Of a stretch of 64,000 nucleotides of DNA, positions 61,352 to 64,000 are shown one piece after another. This DNA is from Candidatus Hydrogenedentota bacterium (GTDB lineage Bacteria > Hydrogenedentota > Hydrogenedentia > Hydrogenedentales > SLHB01). The notes under the pieces are model-generated. The model did no database searches. It was not told the origin of the DNA and was given only the letters and a program-made list of their open reading frames with translations. The DNA is taken from contig CAVUWV010000018.1 of the NCBI GenBank assembly GCA_963745075.1, positions 160,001 through 224,000 of the forward strand. The letters run 5' to 3'. The position numbers and the translations under genes were made by a program. The stretch's first letter is position 1. Every line of letters begins with the position of its first letter.

Positions 61352-62727
<1,376 letters not shown>

Positions 62728-62868
62728 GTTAAGGGTTTTTGACCGCGAACGGCAGCGCCCGGTATGCTTCCGGGAACCGAAAACAAATCCAGCCGGCTTT
62801 GGCATGTCTGTTCCAAATCCATCTATTGTTTCAATGAATTGCGTCATTTCAGGAAGGAGATTGTCTTT

Positions 62869-63764
62869 ATGCAGGTGACCGTGGTGGGCTCCATTGCCCT
62901 GGATACCGTCGAAACCCCCTCGGGCTTGAACGAGGAAGGCCTGGGCGGCGCGGCGACGTTTTTCTCATTGGCGGCCGCCAACTACGCCCCGGTGCATCTG
63001 GTTGGCGTCGTCGGCGAGGATTTTCCAGAGGAACACGTTCAGTTGCTTCGCTCCAAGAACATCAATCTGGACGGCTTGGAACGAGCCGGGGGAAAACGTT
63101 TCGGTGGTCCGGGAAATACCACGACGACGTCAACAACCGGGACACGCTGGAAACGCAACTGAATGTGTTCGAGCATTTTCACCCCAAACTGCCGGCGGCC
63201 GCCTGCGAGGCGCCCTATCTCTTTCTCGGCAACATTCACCCCAGTTTGCAGATGGAAGTGTTGGAGCAGGCGAAGCCGAAGTTCGTGGGCCTAGATACCA
63301 TGAACCTGTGGATCAACATTGCACAGGACGAGTTGCGCGAGGTGCTGAAGCGGGTCGATGTCATCATCATCAACGATTCTGAAGTTCGGGACTTAACCGG
63401 CGAATCGAATCTGGTCAAGGGCGCCAAGGCGGTCAAAGCGCTGGGTCCGCGGATTGTGGTCATCAAGAAGGGCGAGCACGGGTGTTTGCTCTACAGCAAT
63501 GAAGACGTTTTTTCGGCCCCGGCGTACCCTATCGAGGAAGTGGTCGATCCGACCGGCGCTGGCGATACGTTTGCCGGCGGGTTTCTTGGGCATCTCGCGG
63601 GTCTCGAGAAAACCGACCCGGCGAGTCTGCGTCAAGCCGTGATTCATGGCAGCGTGGTTGCCTCATTTACGTGTGAGAAGTTCGGTCCTGCGCGGCTTGC
63701 GGAGATTGGCCCCGACGACATCAAGGCGCGGTTCGAGGAGTTTCGGAAACTGGCGGCGTTCTGA
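62869..63764 (+). CDS. PfkB family carbohydrate kinase, frameshift near 63095
   Basis: VVGSIALD, LGGAATF, DPTGAGDTFAGGF. Frames join if one A is added to the A-run (GGKTFRWSGKY). Confidence 0.88.
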
Positions 63765-63788
63765 TAGGACGCGGACGTGAGGAACGGC

Positions 63789-64000
63789 TTACTTCTCCGG
63801 GTCCATGTAGAACTGCTCGATGCCGATGTAGCCGGGTGACATGAGCCGGTAGTTGTGGATGATCGAGTCGGGCACATTGTGGAAGTGGTTCGACACGATC
63901 GTCAATGCCTCCTGGCTGACGATTCCGATGGTGTAGCTTTCTTCGGCCCACTGGCGCAGGATCTTATGGGCGAGTTCGGTCTTGCGCTGCTCGTCCTGGC
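63789..64000 (-). CDS. C-terminus of a probable family 5 ABC substrate-binding protein (5' part outside the window)
   Basis: ...AEESYTIGIV..IVSNHFHNVPD...PGYIGIEQFYMDPEK, stop TAA at 63791-63789. Confidence 0.65.
   Translation of the reverse strand, partial: QDEQRKTELAHKILRQWAEESYTIGIVSQEALTIVSNHFHNVPDSIIHNYRLMSPGYIGIEQFYMDPEK

Noticed and set aside
62800..62814. Possible sigma54 promoter TGGCATGTCTGTTCC upstream of pfkB
   Set aside because: The invariant -12 GC is CC, so the match is insufficient.
63087..63100. GGGGGAAAAC as a programmed ribosomal frameshift site in pfkB
   Set aside because: Looks slippery, but the window has many single-base indels in unrelated genes, so a homopolymer sequencing error is the simpler explanation.

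Overview
GC-rich bacterial chromosome segment. The gene content resembles Candidatus Hydrogenedentota or PVC-like organisms, which is an inference only. In order it holds: an RND efflux operon with TetR; a tri-heme cytochrome c peroxidase; an MsbA-like ABC exporter; alaS-ruvX-mltG; a CHASE3 kinase plus hybrid kinase; a bacterial microcompartment (BMC) locus (BMC-H, two BMC-T, three BMC-P, aldehyde dehydrogenase, class II aldolase) interleaved with REP-like elements; an M4 metallopeptidase followed by three unannotated paralogous 52-59 aa two-cysteine peptides; glycan, sulfate and phosphate scavenging enzymes; a ParE-type toxin-antitoxin pair next to a SnoaL-like protein and a GT1 glycosyltransferase; pilT/U; and a tightly coupled operon (B12/radical-SAM-like protein without CxxxCxxC, FabF-like ketosynthase with His->Gln, membrane histidine kinase, His->Gln pseudokinase, sigma54 activator). 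Eight single-base frameshifts in otherwise intact genes suggest long-read assembly errors. The two best candidates for an undescribed system are the peptidase plus small-peptide array (31430-33913) and the degenerate-enzyme signalling operon (53784-62727). No rRNA, tRNA, CRISPR array or transposase was seen. All family assignments are from motif recognition; no database search was run.
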